IMG/VR virus record: IMGVR_UViG_3300020450_001021
Span: 20,641-84,640 of that record
Direction: 5' to 3' (one strand)
Length of the DNA: 64,000 nt
Origin: a virus
Shown one piece after another: positions 28,574 through 38,954 of this stretch. The notes beneath the pieces were generated by a model. That model saw only the letters and a list, made by a program, of their open reading frames with translations, ran no database searches and was not told where the DNA came from. The position numbers were made by a program, and so were the translations under genes. Each line of letters starts with the position of its first letter. The stretch's first letter is position 1.

Positions 28574-29610
28574 TATTCTAATTGAATTGATTCTGCGTAT
28601 ATAGAATTGACAATTGATTTTAAATTGTCTTTGTTAGAGTAATCAAGGTGATCAATGTACTTTTCTAAGTATGTTAAAGTACCTTCTATTTCAATATCTC
28701 CAGTTTCTGGAACAAATTGAACTGTATTATCAATAATTTTTAAATCATGTATTCCTATATTATAGAGTCGATCTATCAAATTGTCAAACTCATAGTAGTT
28801 ATCTTTCTTCTCAACTATTAGTTTAATAAACTTGTCTTTATACTTTTCAACATTTATAGTTGCATAATTTGTAGTAGAATCATTATAGAATATTTTCTCA
28901 AACATATAGTAAGGATTTTCTATAAATTTAATTCTTTTAGTTTTTGTGTTGTATAAATGAAATCCTCTTTTTTCAGAGTAATCATTCCAGTACGTTTGAT
29001 ATGGATTACCAAGATAAGTTATATTACCATTAGATGATCTAGTATGAAAATGACCAGAGTAAACCTTTTTAAACTTATCAAATTTTTCAATACTTAAACC
29101 ATGATCCATAACAAAACCTTTATGTGCCTCAAATCCTTTAAATTCTAAATGACCCATACATATCTGTGCTTTAGTATTGTCTATCTCTTCAAAACTTTCC
29201 AACTCATTATCAATACATATCCAAGGAAGAAAACATATATCTAAACCTTCTATATTAAGAGTAATTGCTTTTTCTATACATTCAACATTATCATAGTGAT
29301 TCATAAGTAAATCAACTGTGTTAATGTTTAATGTGTTTTTATAATAGGCAGTATGGTTACCGACTAAAGAATATATTTTAATACCCATGTCAGAAAGAAC
29401 ATCAAAGTACTTTTCTTTTGCCCAGTTTAATGACCAAAAATCTATTTGTTTTCTATTGTCAAAAGTATCTCCTAGATCTAACAAAGTTTTAATTTTATTT
29501 TCTTTTAAAGTAGGAAAGAATATATCATTATAAAATTTTTCCATATAGTCATGGAACACTTGACTACCTTTACGTAATCCAAAGTGTTGATCAGTTATAA
29601 TTCCTATCAT
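28573..29610 (-). CDS. 47: recombination endonuclease subunit gp47 (Mre11/SbcD-like)
   Basis: TDQHFG, LGDTFD, VGNH, MGHLE, SGHFH metallophosphoesterase motifs. Confidence 0.96.
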   Translation of the reverse strand: MIGIITDQHFGLRKGSQVFHDYMEKFYNDIFFPTLKENKIKTLLDLGDTFDNRKQIDFWSLNWAKEKYFDVLSDMGIKIYSLVGNHTAYYKNTLNINTVDLLMNHYDNVECIEKAITLNIEGLDICFLPWICIDNELESFEEIDNTKAQICMGHLEFKGFEAHKGFVMDHGLSIEKFDKFKKVYSGHFHTRSSNGNITYLGNPYQTYWNDYSEKRGFHLYNTKTKRIKFIENPYYMFEKIFYNDSTTNYATINVEKYKDKFIKLIVEKKDNYYEFDNLIDRLYNIGIHDLKIIDNTVQFVPETGDIEIEGTLTYLEKYIDHLDYSNKDNLKSIVNSIYAESIQLE

Positions 29611-29690
29611 ATTATTGGTTTACTAAGATTTTTATAAAGAATATATGCACAATAGCATAAACTAAACACAAAGAAAATTTTCTCAATCAT
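29607..29690 (-). CDS. 27-aa hydrophobic micro-peptide (not in ORF track)
   Basis: MIEKIFFVFSLCYCAYILYKNLSKPII; ATGA overlaps with both the g55 stop and the g47 start. Confidence 0.65.
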   Translation of the reverse strand: MIEKIFFVFSLCYCAYILYKNLSKPII

Positions 29691-30151
29691 TGCCTATACC
29701 TCTGTTCAAGTGATGTCTTAATACCTTCATACTCTGCTTTGTTTCCATAAGCATCAGCAGAAAATAGTTCGTTATGTCCTGACTTCTCTATAATTTTAGT
29801 TTTTATATCTACTTGTTTCTTTTCCTTTTGTATCCTACGTAAGAATGCATAGTAAATTATCTGTGTGAAGTATGCAAAAGGATTTCTAGATTTATTAGGA
29901 TCAAAGTTATCAATGTATGTAATACAGTTCTCTATGCCATCACCTATCATGTCATCTTTAAACATATAGTTGACAAAATTAGGTTTATATGATAAATGTT
30001 GTGCTATCTTTAAAAAACATGACCCTATGTATTCACCTACAGGAGGTTTCTTCAGTCCTTTTAACTTAGCAATCTCTACATTATCTTTGTATTCGATGAT
30101 TGCTGCTAAGAACTCTTTATTGTTAACGTAATGTTCCTTACTTTTAGGCAT
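29687..30151 (-). CDS. 55: late-transcription sigma factor gp55
   Basis: HYVNNKEFL, DMIGDGIENC, NPFAYFTQI..AFLRRIQKEKKQ. Confidence 0.95.
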   Translation of the reverse strand: MPKSKEHYVNNKEFLAAIIEYKDNVEIAKLKGLKKPPVGEYIGSCFLKIAQHLSYKPNFVNYMFKDDMIGDGIENCITYIDNFDPNKSRNPFAYFTQIIYYAFLRRIQKEKKQVDIKTKIIEKSGHNELFSADAYGNKAEYEGIKTSLEQRYRQ

Positions 30152-30177
30152 TAAATGTATCTATCCCAGATGTGTCT

Positions 30178-30206
30178 ATCATAACATATTTTTAGGGACT
30201 TGACAA
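30178..30206 (-). promoter_or_regulatory. sigma70-type promoter for g55
   Basis: TTGTCA-N17-TATGAT with TGn extended -10. Confidence 0.65.
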
Positions 30207-30228
30207 GTGGTTGTAATACGTGTATAAT
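30200..30228 (+). promoter_or_regulatory. consensus sigma70 promoter firing antisense
   Basis: Perfect TTGACA-N17-TATAAT with no credible + strand ORF downstream. Confidence 0.75.
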
Positions 30229-30255
30229 AACTGTGTCAACGGTTAAGGGATAATA

Positions 30256-30720
30256 CTAAGCTTTATCTGGATCTTCTTTTTTAAATTCTATACGAAAAAC
30301 TGTTTCAAGGTACTCTCTCGCTATATCTACTGATCCAATTAATCCAGTTTCTTCATTTAATGGAATACGACCTCTTGTTCTCCCTTTAATAACAGGAGGT
30401 CTTTTTGTTTGTGATTTTATTTTTTGATACTTCTCTGCTTCTTGTAATTTATTTAATGTAGTTTCATAGAACTGAGCAACGAAAGAACTCATTTCTTTTA
30501 TACACAATATATCTTCTCCATACAATGTAAAGGTATTCTCATGAGATACTTTCATCCAAGGTTTTATCTTTACACCTGACATAAGACCAGGAATGTCTAT
30601 TTCTTCAACACAAATTGGATTCTCAATAGTAAGAATGTCTTCCTCAGGATATGCTTCCTTTACAAAGCATAGGATCTCTTCCTCTGATTTAAATTTAATA
30701 CTAGCGTAAAATGAATCCAT
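30256..30720 (-). CDS. conserved cyanophage hypothetical protein (Sm-like N-terminus)
   Basis: FYASIKFKSEEEILC...NP...KPWM; usual position between uvsW and g55. Confidence 0.65.
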   Translation of the reverse strand: MDSFYASIKFKSEEEILCFVKEAYPEEDILTIENPICVEEIDIPGLMSGVKIKPWMKVSHENTFTLYGEDILCIKEMSSFVAQFYETTLNKLQEAEKYQKIKSQTKRPPVIKGRTRGRIPLNEETGLIGSVDIAREYLETVFRIEFKKEDPDKA

Positions 30721-30722
30721 GT

Positions 30723-32189
30723 TTACTGTTTGAGTTTTATCTTAATAAGTTCATAGTCGAAATTTTCTTGATTGTATATTTTTACCCTTTCAAATAAGTG
30801 ATGTAATGTGTAGTTAGGGTTTCTCCCATCATTTGTAGTATCATCAGCAATGTCATAGAGCACTGCTTTCTTTTTATTATCACCTTTCCTTAGTACTCTA
30901 CCTATTGACTGAAGATTTCGTACTCTGGATTTTGAGGGCGACGCAAAGATGATGTTATGTAATCTTTTAATATTAATACCAGTACTAAAAGTCCCATACG
31001 AAGCAACGATAATTGCATTTGTTTCATTTTCAGTAATACTCCTTACTTCTTCACGGTCTTGAGTCGCTACACCCCCATGAACAAAGAATACCTTACGTTC
31101 ATTGGATGCAGAACTATTTATCAAATTGTAAAGTGGTTCTCCGTGTTTTTCTACGTAGTTGAATAGCACTAGTGTATTTCCATCAAGATCTAATGTGAGG
31201 TTTTTGATAAAGTTATTTCTTCTTTCGTGAGTTACTATCCATTCTATTTCGTCTTGATAAGTTTCAAATTTAGTATGTGGATGTTTTAATGTAATAATTT
31301 TTATTTTTAATCTAGATAAATGTCCTTGTTTAATTAATTCATTAGTATTAGTTACTTTATCATGAGGTCCGAATAGTCCTTCTAGTACTAATTTATTTGT
31401 TTTACTACCATCTAATGTACCAGTAAATCCTATACGATACTTAGCATGATGTAATTTAGTAAGTAAATCCGTCAGTGACTTTGCTTTAAAGAGATGTGCT
31501 TCATCTCCTATAACAGCAGTAAATGGTTCAAACCATACTTTACTTTGTTTATATACTGATTGCCATGTAGTTATAGTAACTGGTTTATCTGATACTTTCT
31601 CATGACCTGCATATATTCTATGTACATAATCATCTACACACCATCCATAGGAAAAGAAATCTTTATATAATTGTTCTACTAAGGATGTAGTAGGAACAAC
31701 TATCAATACTTTCTGTTTAGTATCAAATAAAAATCTAACAATAGAATATATCATTAGTGATTTACCTGATCCTGTAGGTGATACTATTAACTTTCTTCTT
31801 TTACGTAATGCTTCGTAGATAGCAGTGTATTGATAATCTCTTATTTTTAGTGAAGTAAACTTATCAACATACCTTTTTACTCCATCGGAAGATATAAGTT
31901 CATCCTCTGAATCAGGCATACCAAAATGTTTATTATCAATATATTCATACTGATAACCTCTCTCATCACAAAAGGTTTCAATATACTCTCTTAAACCTGC
32001 ATATATTTGACCAGTTGCAGGCGAAAATAATCTTATCTTACCATCCCAGTATCTTTTTCTATAGGAATCCATGAACTTTGCTTCTGGCACATCAAATGTG
32101 AAGTGATCAGATAATTCATATCCTATATGGGGTGGTACTTTTAGTTGAAGGTATACTTCGTTTTTCTTTTTAATAAGAACATCACTCAT
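30723..32189 (-). CDS. uvsW: RNA-DNA/DNA helicase UvsW
   Basis: SPTGSGKS, GDEAH, GFTGT, QSIGRVLR. Confidence 0.96.
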   Translation of the reverse strand: MSDVLIKKKNEVYLQLKVPPHIGYELSDHFTFDVPEAKFMDSYRKRYWDGKIRLFSPATGQIYAGLREYIETFCDERGYQYEYIDNKHFGMPDSEDELISSDGVKRYVDKFTSLKIRDYQYTAIYEALRKRRKLIVSPTGSGKSLMIYSIVRFLFDTKQKVLIVVPTTSLVEQLYKDFFSYGWCVDDYVHRIYAGHEKVSDKPVTITTWQSVYKQSKVWFEPFTAVIGDEAHLFKAKSLTDLLTKLHHAKYRIGFTGTLDGSKTNKLVLEGLFGPHDKVTNTNELIKQGHLSRLKIKIITLKHPHTKFETYQDEIEWIVTHERRNNFIKNLTLDLDGNTLVLFNYVEKHGEPLYNLINSSASNERKVFFVHGGVATQDREEVRSITENETNAIIVASYGTFSTGINIKRLHNIIFASPSKSRVRNLQSIGRVLRKGDNKKKAVLYDIADDTTNDGRNPNYTLHHLFERVKIYNQENFDYELIKIKLKQ

Positions 32190-32595
32190 CTAACCCCTTT
32201 GTATATTTCATCCAATCAATTGCATTCTTTATTTGGAATGAACGATTGTTAATATTATTTAGTATCTCTTTGAGCGTTTTTTCATACGTATCGTATAGGT
32301 CTAACCGACCCTGTGCCTTATTTAAATCTTCATCTGCATTGAGATATATGGGAACTTCATTCTTCATAATTTTTACATCAGGGCATAGATCTTCTCTCCC
32401 CATATAAAAACTATACTTCTCTTTATAAAGTTTATGGAATGCATACAGTGCTTCTTTTTTAAGTAGTTGATATCTCAGATATTTGTCCAACCACTTGGAA
32501 TGTAGCATGGGTATTTTACGTGATTCATCAAACAAATCATCACCCATTGCAGCGTCTTTACGCCACTCATTCATAAATTTTTCATTGACATTCAT
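32182..32595 (-). CDS. uvsY: recombination mediator UvsY
   Basis: ESRKIPMLHSKW...YL.ADEDL...RSFQIKNAIDW; adjacent to uvsW. Confidence 0.9.
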   Translation of the reverse strand: MNVNEKFMNEWRKDAAMGDDLFDESRKIPMLHSKWLDKYLRYQLLKKEALYAFHKLYKEKYSFYMGREDLCPDVKIMKNEVPIYLNADEDLNKAQGRLDLYDTYEKTLKEILNNINNRSFQIKNAIDWMKYTKGLDE

Positions 32596-33122
32596 AATGT
32601 TAGTTCTTTGTCATTCTTGTCTAGTAATTTAAAATAGGTATACTTAAAGGTAACATCTGCAGTTAAATACTGTATGTCATTAGTGTCTACACTAAATGGT
32701 AAACTTGTTAGTCCTACAGGAAATGCATCATACAATTTAACTACAGTTTGAGTATTGAAACTACTGTTTAATATTTTAAGAGTAAGATCCAATCTTTCAA
32801 CGTCTGCACCTTGATGTTTTTTCTCCAACATTGCATTGGCAAACTCTCTCCACTGACCTGCTTTTTGGGGATAAGTTATACCAGTCATCCAATTATGGAT
32901 AATAGAGTAATTTCTCATGTCCTCATCAATTAGGAAAGTTACAGAAAAGTCCTCATAATTTAACTTGTCACCTGCTAGTTGAAAGTCATTATAGATGGTT
33001 GCTTGCTGTGGTCCTCCCATTGATATACCAGGTATATTTGCTGCATTGCATTGGAACGATACTTCTTTAAAGAAAGGTATGTCCAATTGAAATGCTACTG
33101 GTGCTAGAAAGTTATTGCTCAC
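32592..33122 (-). CDS. 3: tail tube terminator/completion protein gp3
   Basis: NFLAP..F, ANIPGI, GDKLNY..F...FLIDE...NY, DAFP..L; between g23 and uvsY; CTAAATA at 33147-33153. Confidence 0.85.
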   Translation of the reverse strand: MSNNFLAPVAFQLDIPFFKEVSFQCNAANIPGISMGGPQQATIYNDFQLAGDKLNYEDFSVTFLIDEDMRNYSIIHNWMTGITYPQKAGQWREFANAMLEKKHQGADVERLDLTLKILNSSFNTQTVVKLYDAFPVGLTSLPFSVDTNDIQYLTADVTFKYTYFKLLDKNDKELTL

Positions 33123-33157
33123 AATAAATACGGAGTCCTCCCATATTATTTAGACAT

Positions 33158-33187
33158 AAAAAAAGAGACCCCTTAAGGTCTCTTTTT
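33158..33187 (-). terminator. intrinsic terminator after g23 (possibly bidirectional)
   Basis: AAAAAGAGACC-TTAAGG-GGTCTCTTTTTTT. Confidence 0.88.
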
Positions 33188-33204
33188 AAAATATGTAATC
33201 CGAA

Positions 33205-34650
33205 TTACATTAAGTTTGCAACAGATACTCTTCTGTAGTAAACGTTTGTACTTAGGTTACCAGCTGCCTGTGGATCAGAGTTTGTAAGAGTTGAATCAAA
33301 TCCTTTAGCAAATGGATTAAGAACTACGCCATAACGTGTCTTAAACCCGATGCGTGGTTGGAAGTCGTCTTGTCCGACGCTACGTACCATCTGTAGAGGC
33401 ACATAAGGACAATAGAACAGACCAGCATCATAAGGAGATGAACCCTTGTATCCGATAACATAGTACTGATTACCTGAGTTACCTGAGGATGCTGTACCAC
33501 CACGAGTGATAGTTGCATATGGGTCAATGTAAACTCTGTATCTACCGTTAAGGATACCAGCGAAGGTATTTCCTGTCTCATCAACCGCTAAACGGTTGTT
33601 ACCTTCGATTGCAGGAGCGTAATCAAGAGCACCAGCCATTGCTAAAGCAGAAGCAACGTCAGCAGAGCACATAATCATGTTGCCCTTTCCACGACGAGTT
33701 TCTCTTGCAATTGCGTTTGCGTCTCTTTCGATCTGGAACATAAGTCCCTTGAATTTCTCAACAGACCAACGACCATTACTATCAACGTCTAAGTCAAATG
33801 TACCTGCAGTAGCGGTGTCATGCTGTGCACCACGTTTTGCTGACTTATAAATTGTACGAACAATCTCTCTGTTGATTTCAGCAAGGATTTCAGATGAGAG
33901 GATGTTTGCCAATTCTGACTCAGCATCAAGACCATGAATAGCACGAAGGTCTTGTGCTAATTCAATACTGTACTCTGCCTTTAGAGCTCTGGACTTAGCA
34001 GTAACCGAGATCTTCTCGATACTGAATCCCATCTCTCTGAAGTCAGGAGCAGAACCGTCACTATCTAATGCCTCAGAGTCCTGTGTGGACATTGGAGCAC
34101 CGTTGTCATAGTAACCTTGAACTGTTGATTCGTTAGAACCTGTAAATCCGTCGTTAAGAACAGCAGGGTTGTCACCTGTTGTTGTAGGACCTGCACCAGT
34201 AACGTCGTTAGCACCACCAGTACCTGACTGATTTGGGTTAACTTCGTTAAAGAATGTCTCAGCATTACCTGTGCCAGGACCGTCGTAACGTGCTCTCATT
34301 GCAAAGATTAGTCCAGTAGGACCACTCATTGGTTGAACACCAGCAAGGTCATAAGCAACCAAGTTAGGCATTGCACGTCTAATCAATGAGATTAGAACTG
34401 GGTCAAAACCTGCAACTGATTGGTCACCACCTGAACTAAAACCAGCAGCACCTGTACCACCTGGGTCTGTGTTCATTGTAGGAATCGCTTCAGAAAGTAT
34501 CTGGCGTTCCTGTCTAATTACTTTTTCTTGGTTCTCTAAGAGAATTGAGGTAACAGCTTTCTTATAGTTATCTGTGATTGGATCAAGATCACTATGGTCG
34601 AGAACTGGTGCCCATTTTTCTTGAAGAACCTTTGACATACCTAATGTCAT
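33205..34650 (-). CDS. 23: major capsid protein gp23
   Basis: EKWAP.L, FDPVLISLIRR, GVQPMSGPTGLIFAMR, KSRALKAEY, FYCPYVPL, GFKTRYG. Confidence 0.98.
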   Translation of the reverse strand: MTLGMSKVLQEKWAPVLDHSDLDPITDNYKKAVTSILLENQEKVIRQERQILSEAIPTMNTDPGGTGAAGFSSGGDQSVAGFDPVLISLIRRAMPNLVAYDLAGVQPMSGPTGLIFAMRARYDGPGTGNAETFFNEVNPNQSGTGGANDVTGAGPTTTGDNPAVLNDGFTGSNESTVQGYYDNGAPMSTQDSEALDSDGSAPDFREMGFSIEKISVTAKSRALKAEYSIELAQDLRAIHGLDAESELANILSSEILAEINREIVRTIYKSAKRGAQHDTATAGTFDLDVDSNGRWSVEKFKGLMFQIERDANAIARETRRGKGNMIMCSADVASALAMAGALDYAPAIEGNNRLAVDETGNTFAGILNGRYRVYIDPYATITRGGTASSGNSGNQYYVIGYKGSSPYDAGLFYCPYVPLQMVRSVGQDDFQPRIGFKTRYGVVLNPFAKGFDSTLTNSDPQAAGNLSTNVYYRRVSVANLM

Positions 34651-34687
34651 TTTTGTTTTTCTCCGTTAAAATTAGGGTTTTAATAAT

Positions 34688-35719
34688 TTACTGCCACTGT
34701 GAGATAGCATTGACATATGCTGCCATTGCACCTTCTGCAGGTGCTGCTACTTCTCCAGTTGCTACATCTTCCTTAGGAGCAGAAACCTTTTCCTTGGGGA
34801 AATAGTTTTCCTTAAGGGTTGCAAGCTTCTCCTTAAAGGACTCTTCAGATTCATACTCAACTGACTCAGCAAGTGAAGCGAGCTTCTCTGCCTGTGTTTG
34901 AGCTAAACCTTTAGATACTTCGGCAATTAATGATTCACGAGTACGTGAATTAATTGTTCCGTTTAGTGAGACGTTCTTATCAATTTGCTCATTGAGCTTC
35001 TCTTCCATTTCATCAAGTTTGTTAGTCATCTCATCGAGAACATCATATTTTTCCTCAGGGATTGATACATAATTTTCTTCAAAAAGTTTCTTCATGCCAT
35101 CCATGAAGGAACCATACATTTCTAGTTTGATGCCATTGTGGATTTCGAGTTCATTCTCTTTCTTCCACTCTTCGGCAACATAAGCAAGGAACTTGTCTAC
35201 TTTTTCGCTGAGTTCTTCTTTAAACTCATCTACTTGTTTAACTAGTTCTTGCTCAAATACTGTTTCTAATCTTTTCTTCTGTTCAGCAATTTTTGCTTTT
35301 ACAGCAGTTTCAAAGATAGTTTTTGTTTTTGCTTTAAACTCTTCGGATAATTCTTCGCCTGTTAGAAGTGCTTTAACATCGTCATCGACATTAATTTCTT
35401 CTTCAACGATTTCTCCGTCTACTTCTGTTTCTTCCGCTTTGGTGATACCTGCAGGTTTTCCATCTGGTGCACCAGCGTTTTTGTTAACAGCGTTTCCTTT
35501 TATTTGTGATGTGCCTTTGTTGGCAATCTTGGATGAATTGTCATCCTGTTTATAATTTTGGTTGGTAGGACCTCCCAAATCTTCAATCGAAGCATCTTGC
35601 GGTGCAGGGACGGAAACTTTTTCCATACCATCTGCTTTGCCAGCACCATCAGTGACTTGGCGTTCGGAGAGATTCTCTTCGACGAATGTTTCAAATTTCT
35701 GGTCAACTGATGCTGACAT
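34688..35719 (-). CDS. 22: prohead core scaffold gp22
   Basis: Acidic coiled coil, LSEEFK.K...IFE.AV, YV.EEW..EN; TATAAATA at 35759-35766. Confidence 0.93.
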   Translation of the reverse strand: MSASVDQKFETFVEENLSERQVTDGAGKADGMEKVSVPAPQDASIEDLGGPTNQNYKQDDNSSKIANKGTSQIKGNAVNKNAGAPDGKPAGITKAEETEVDGEIVEEEINVDDDVKALLTGEELSEEFKAKTKTIFETAVKAKIAEQKKRLETVFEQELVKQVDEFKEELSEKVDKFLAYVAEEWKKENELEIHNGIKLEMYGSFMDGMKKLFEENYVSIPEEKYDVLDEMTNKLDEMEEKLNEQIDKNVSLNGTINSRTRESLIAEVSKGLAQTQAEKLASLAESVEYESEESFKEKLATLKENYFPKEKVSAPKEDVATGEVAAPAEGAMAAYVNAISQWQ

Positions 35720-35768
35720 ATTGATACTCCTTGTAAATAATCTTACTTATTCTGAATTTATTTATAAA

Positions 35769-36413
35769 TTACAGTCCTTTGAGGAACTGTTTAAATGCGG
35801 AAACTTTCCGTTCCTGCAAATTATATAGGGTAGCAGCATCAATTCCTTTCTTTATAGAGGAAATTTCTTGCTCTTTCAGTAACCCATTATCCCAAACCCA
35901 TTCTTTTCCTTCCATGATACCTTCTACAAAAGCATCAGGGGCAGATGGATCTGCAACAATATCAGCAGCAGTTGCTAACTGATAGTCATCACGAACGTAG
36001 TTTGCACCACCCATTTCTCTTAGAGAACCAACTCCTCTAGAAGAAACACCTAATGATACACCCTCACCGAGTAAAGATTTTGCAATCTGACCCATTGGTG
36101 TATCTAAAATTTTCGCTTTACCAATATAATTGTTTCCTTCTCTTACGAGTGATTCAATTTTATGTGAAGCTCTATCCAAATTAACCGTAGGTCCTTCTGG
36201 ATGTCCTAGTTCACCTAAAGCACGATTCTTAGAAATGTTTTGTTCAGTATATCTACCAACTTCTCTCTCAAGAATATCAATAGGATACACTCTACCATTT
36301 CTATTTTTAATTTCACCTTGCAAAAATACACCTTGAATGTAATGGTTTTTTGTACCATTATTATCCTCGGTTAGAAATTTTACTTCCTCTATTTGTTCAG
36401 TTATTAGTTTCAT
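35769..36413 (-). CDS. 21: prohead protease gp21
   Basis: MKLITE start, NRNGRVY, ALGELGHP, GVSSRG.GS, D.VADPSAPDA. Confidence 0.96.
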   Translation of the reverse strand: MKLITEQIEEVKFLTEDNNGTKNHYIQGVFLQGEIKNRNGRVYPIDILEREVGRYTEQNISKNRALGELGHPEGPTVNLDRASHKIESLVREGNNYIGKAKILDTPMGQIAKSLLGEGVSLGVSSRGVGSLREMGGANYVRDDYQLATAADIVADPSAPDAFVEGIMEGKEWVWDNGLLKEQEISSIKKGIDAATLYNLQERKVSAFKQFLKGL

Positions 36414-36645
36414 TGTCTTCTGGTGAAGGGGGTAACTGTTCATCACTAGCAACAGTTTCTGGAGATTCAGTTTCTACTTCATCTTCCTCAGGTTCAGATA
36501 AATGACTAAACATATCTGCACCAACTTTCTCTTTTTCAAGAGTCAGTATTTCTGCTGCTTTGTTCATAATGACATCTTTAACCGCATCGGATGCATCTGC
36601 AAGATGATCCTTCATAATCATGTCAACGATTTTGGTTGTTTCCAT
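36397..36645 (-). CDS. small acidic prohead core protein (gp67-like)
   Basis: Position between g20 and g21; helical N-terminus with acidic tail; CTAAATA at 36662-36668. Confidence 0.6.
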   Translation of the reverse strand: METTKIVDMIMKDHLADASDAVKDVIMNKAAEILTLEKEKVGADMFSHLSEPEEDEVETESPETVASDEQLPPSPEDNETNN

Positions 36646-36660
36646 ACTAAAACCTCAGTT

Positions 36661-38265
36661 TTATTTAGCGTTTTTATTGCTAGGTGGTAACGGTGGTTGT
36701 TTCATTTGATCAATTTGTGCCTTTTGCATTTCTTGTTCTAGATCTGCTGTCTCTTGTTCTTGACCTAATTGTGCAACTGGATCCATTACTAGACCTTGCT
36801 TTATCTCACTATTTATCTGCTTACGCATTTCAGATATTTCTTGTTCTGTAAACTGTAGTAACTGACGCATAACATAATCTTGTGAGAAGTATTTTCCAAC
36901 ATAAAGATCAAGTTCATTTAAAACTTCCATCTTTTTCTGGAGCATTTCTAAATCTTTTAATTCAGAAAAATGATTATCATACAAATAATCATACTGAATA
37001 TGCTCTTTCATGTCTTCCCAATCATCAGGTGTAATAACACCTTTTAAAATTAATTGGGTTCTTAATAGGTCATGAAAAAGATCAGAAAACTTCTTACGGA
37101 GACGACCTACAAATTTAGTAAATTTAATTTCATCTCTATTAATCTCCTCTGACTTACCAAGGTCAAATGATTTGTCACTCTCTAATCTTGATGGTGGTAC
37201 ATTTAATGCTTTGTATAACTGTGATTGGAAATACTTGATATCTGTAAGTTCACCTAAGTTTTGTCCACCAGGTAAAGTTGTGATTTCAGTTCCTCTACCA
37301 CCTTCCCTACGTGGTAACCAGAAATCTTCAAGCATACTCATATGTTTTTTGTCGTCACGAATTTCGCCAGTATTTGAATCGTATACTAACTTATTTCTGT
37401 AACGAGACATAACATCACGAAGATATTGTTCCGCTTTTATTTTTGGAAGATTACCAACATCAATGTAAAATATTCTTCTTTCTGGTGCACGTGATAATCT
37501 GTATATTACAATACTATCTTCAAGCATTCTTAACTGATTAAGATACTTAATTGCTTTATGTAAGTGACTTAATACTATATTTTTACCTTGATCTTTTACA
37601 CCAGATGTAATATATGATATAGCATCATTTGAAATTTTAATGCCTTGATTAGTATTGTTTACACCTTTCTCATTATAAATGTAAAATTCTGTAGTTTTAC
37701 CGTAGTCATATTTCATGAACTGATCGGCATTGATAGGTGGTTTTTCTACAATACGAAGTTTCTTTATTTTTAGTGGATCAATCCAACGTAACTCTAATAT
37801 ACCCTTACTTGGATCTTCTAAATCTACCACTTTATGATAAAACATTCTACCATCAATAAACCATCTTCTGAATATTTGATGAGCACCTTTGTCTACATCT
37901 AATAATTTCTTTATATGATCAAACTCGTCTCTAATACTTTTCTTTATTGATGATGATGCCTGTAAATTAGATAGTTCAAGTTCTACAGGACTATCATCTT
38001 TATCAGATACAATTGCTTCATTTGTAATATCTTCGATAGCACTATCAACCTCAGGTTGCAGTGCCATCTGTCTATAACGACGTATTAAATTTATCTCGTC
38101 TCTTTTTTTCGAGTCATCAAGATCCACATAATGACCAAACCACCCACCAAAAGGAGTAATGGTGGATGTTGCGTCATTATCTACTGGAGGTACTGGAGAA
38201 GCAGCACCTTTTGCTTTAAGTTTGGGGTCTTTATCTTTTATAGAGAACCCAAATAAAGTTGCCAT
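36661..38265 (-). CDS. 20: portal protein gp20
   Basis: LFGFSI, YRLSRAPERRIFYIDVGNLPK.KAEQY, EDFWLPRREGGRGTEITTLPG. Confidence 0.98.
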   Translation of the reverse strand: MATLFGFSIKDKDPKLKAKGAASPVPPVDNDATSTITPFGGWFGHYVDLDDSKKRDEINLIRRYRQMALQPEVDSAIEDITNEAIVSDKDDSPVELELSNLQASSSIKKSIRDEFDHIKKLLDVDKGAHQIFRRWFIDGRMFYHKVVDLEDPSKGILELRWIDPLKIKKLRIVEKPPINADQFMKYDYGKTTEFYIYNEKGVNNTNQGIKISNDAISYITSGVKDQGKNIVLSHLHKAIKYLNQLRMLEDSIVIYRLSRAPERRIFYIDVGNLPKIKAEQYLRDVMSRYRNKLVYDSNTGEIRDDKKHMSMLEDFWLPRREGGRGTEITTLPGGQNLGELTDIKYFQSQLYKALNVPPSRLESDKSFDLGKSEEINRDEIKFTKFVGRLRKKFSDLFHDLLRTQLILKGVITPDDWEDMKEHIQYDYLYDNHFSELKDLEMLQKKMEVLNELDLYVGKYFSQDYVMRQLLQFTEQEISEMRKQINSEIKQGLVMDPVAQLGQEQETADLEQEMQKAQIDQMKQPPLPPSNKNAK

Positions 38266-38293
38266 AATTAAATTTTATTTACCGTGCTACTAT

Positions 38294-38929
38294 TTAGTTG
38301 GTTTGAGAACCGACTACTTGAGAAGATAAAAATCCAGATTCAGTTGAATTAGGACTCTTTCTACCTGGTGCATTAGCATCAAGGTATTGATACTGAAACT
38401 CAACATCAAATTCTTCTAGAGCATCGTTACTATCAAAGGCAACATTAATTGCACCAACTGAAGTTGGCCATGCACCTACAAGTTTGTAAACTCTAAGAAT
38501 CTTATTCTTGTCTGATCCACCAGTTTGACCTGCTTGACCTACAGAATCTTTAGATAATTGTCTTACATAAAGATCTTGAAATAGATTCTCAAATCCACCT
38601 GTAACACCTATGTTCTCATCTACTTGGTTACCTAAGTTAACCCATGACTCAAATGCTGCTCTTAGATTAAAGTCAGCAGTGTTGTAGAAAGTAGCACTCC
38701 ATGCTTCAAATGTTCTGTCTCCAGGAATCTTAAGAAATCTTCCACGGAATGGAACTTCTATAAGTCCTTGTGAATGTGTAGGCAATGAAGTAGATCTACA
38801 TAAGAACTGTCCTTGTTCTTTTAAGGATACTCTATCACCTGTACCACTAGGGAAGTTGATATCAACTTCATACAGGTTAGGTCTTACTCCACCATTGAGC
38901 CTAGATTTAAATTCTATTATGTTAGGCAT
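38294..38929 (-). CDS. 19: tail tube protein gp19
   Basis: GG.RPNLY, PFRGR..KIPGDRTF..W, AWPT.V, EEF.VEFQY. Confidence 0.95.
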   Translation of the reverse strand: MPNIIEFKSRLNGGVRPNLYEVDINFPSGTGDRVSLKEQGQFLCRSTSLPTHSQGLIEVPFRGRFLKIPGDRTFEAWSATFYNTADFNLRAAFESWVNLGNQVDENIGVTGGFENLFQDLYVRQLSKDSVGQAGQTGGSDKNKILRVYKLVGAWPTSVGAINVAFDSNDALEEFDVEFQYQYLDANAPGRKSPNSTESGFLSSQVVGSQTN

Positions 38930-38954
38930 TGTTTGTTATTAACTCCTTTGTGTT

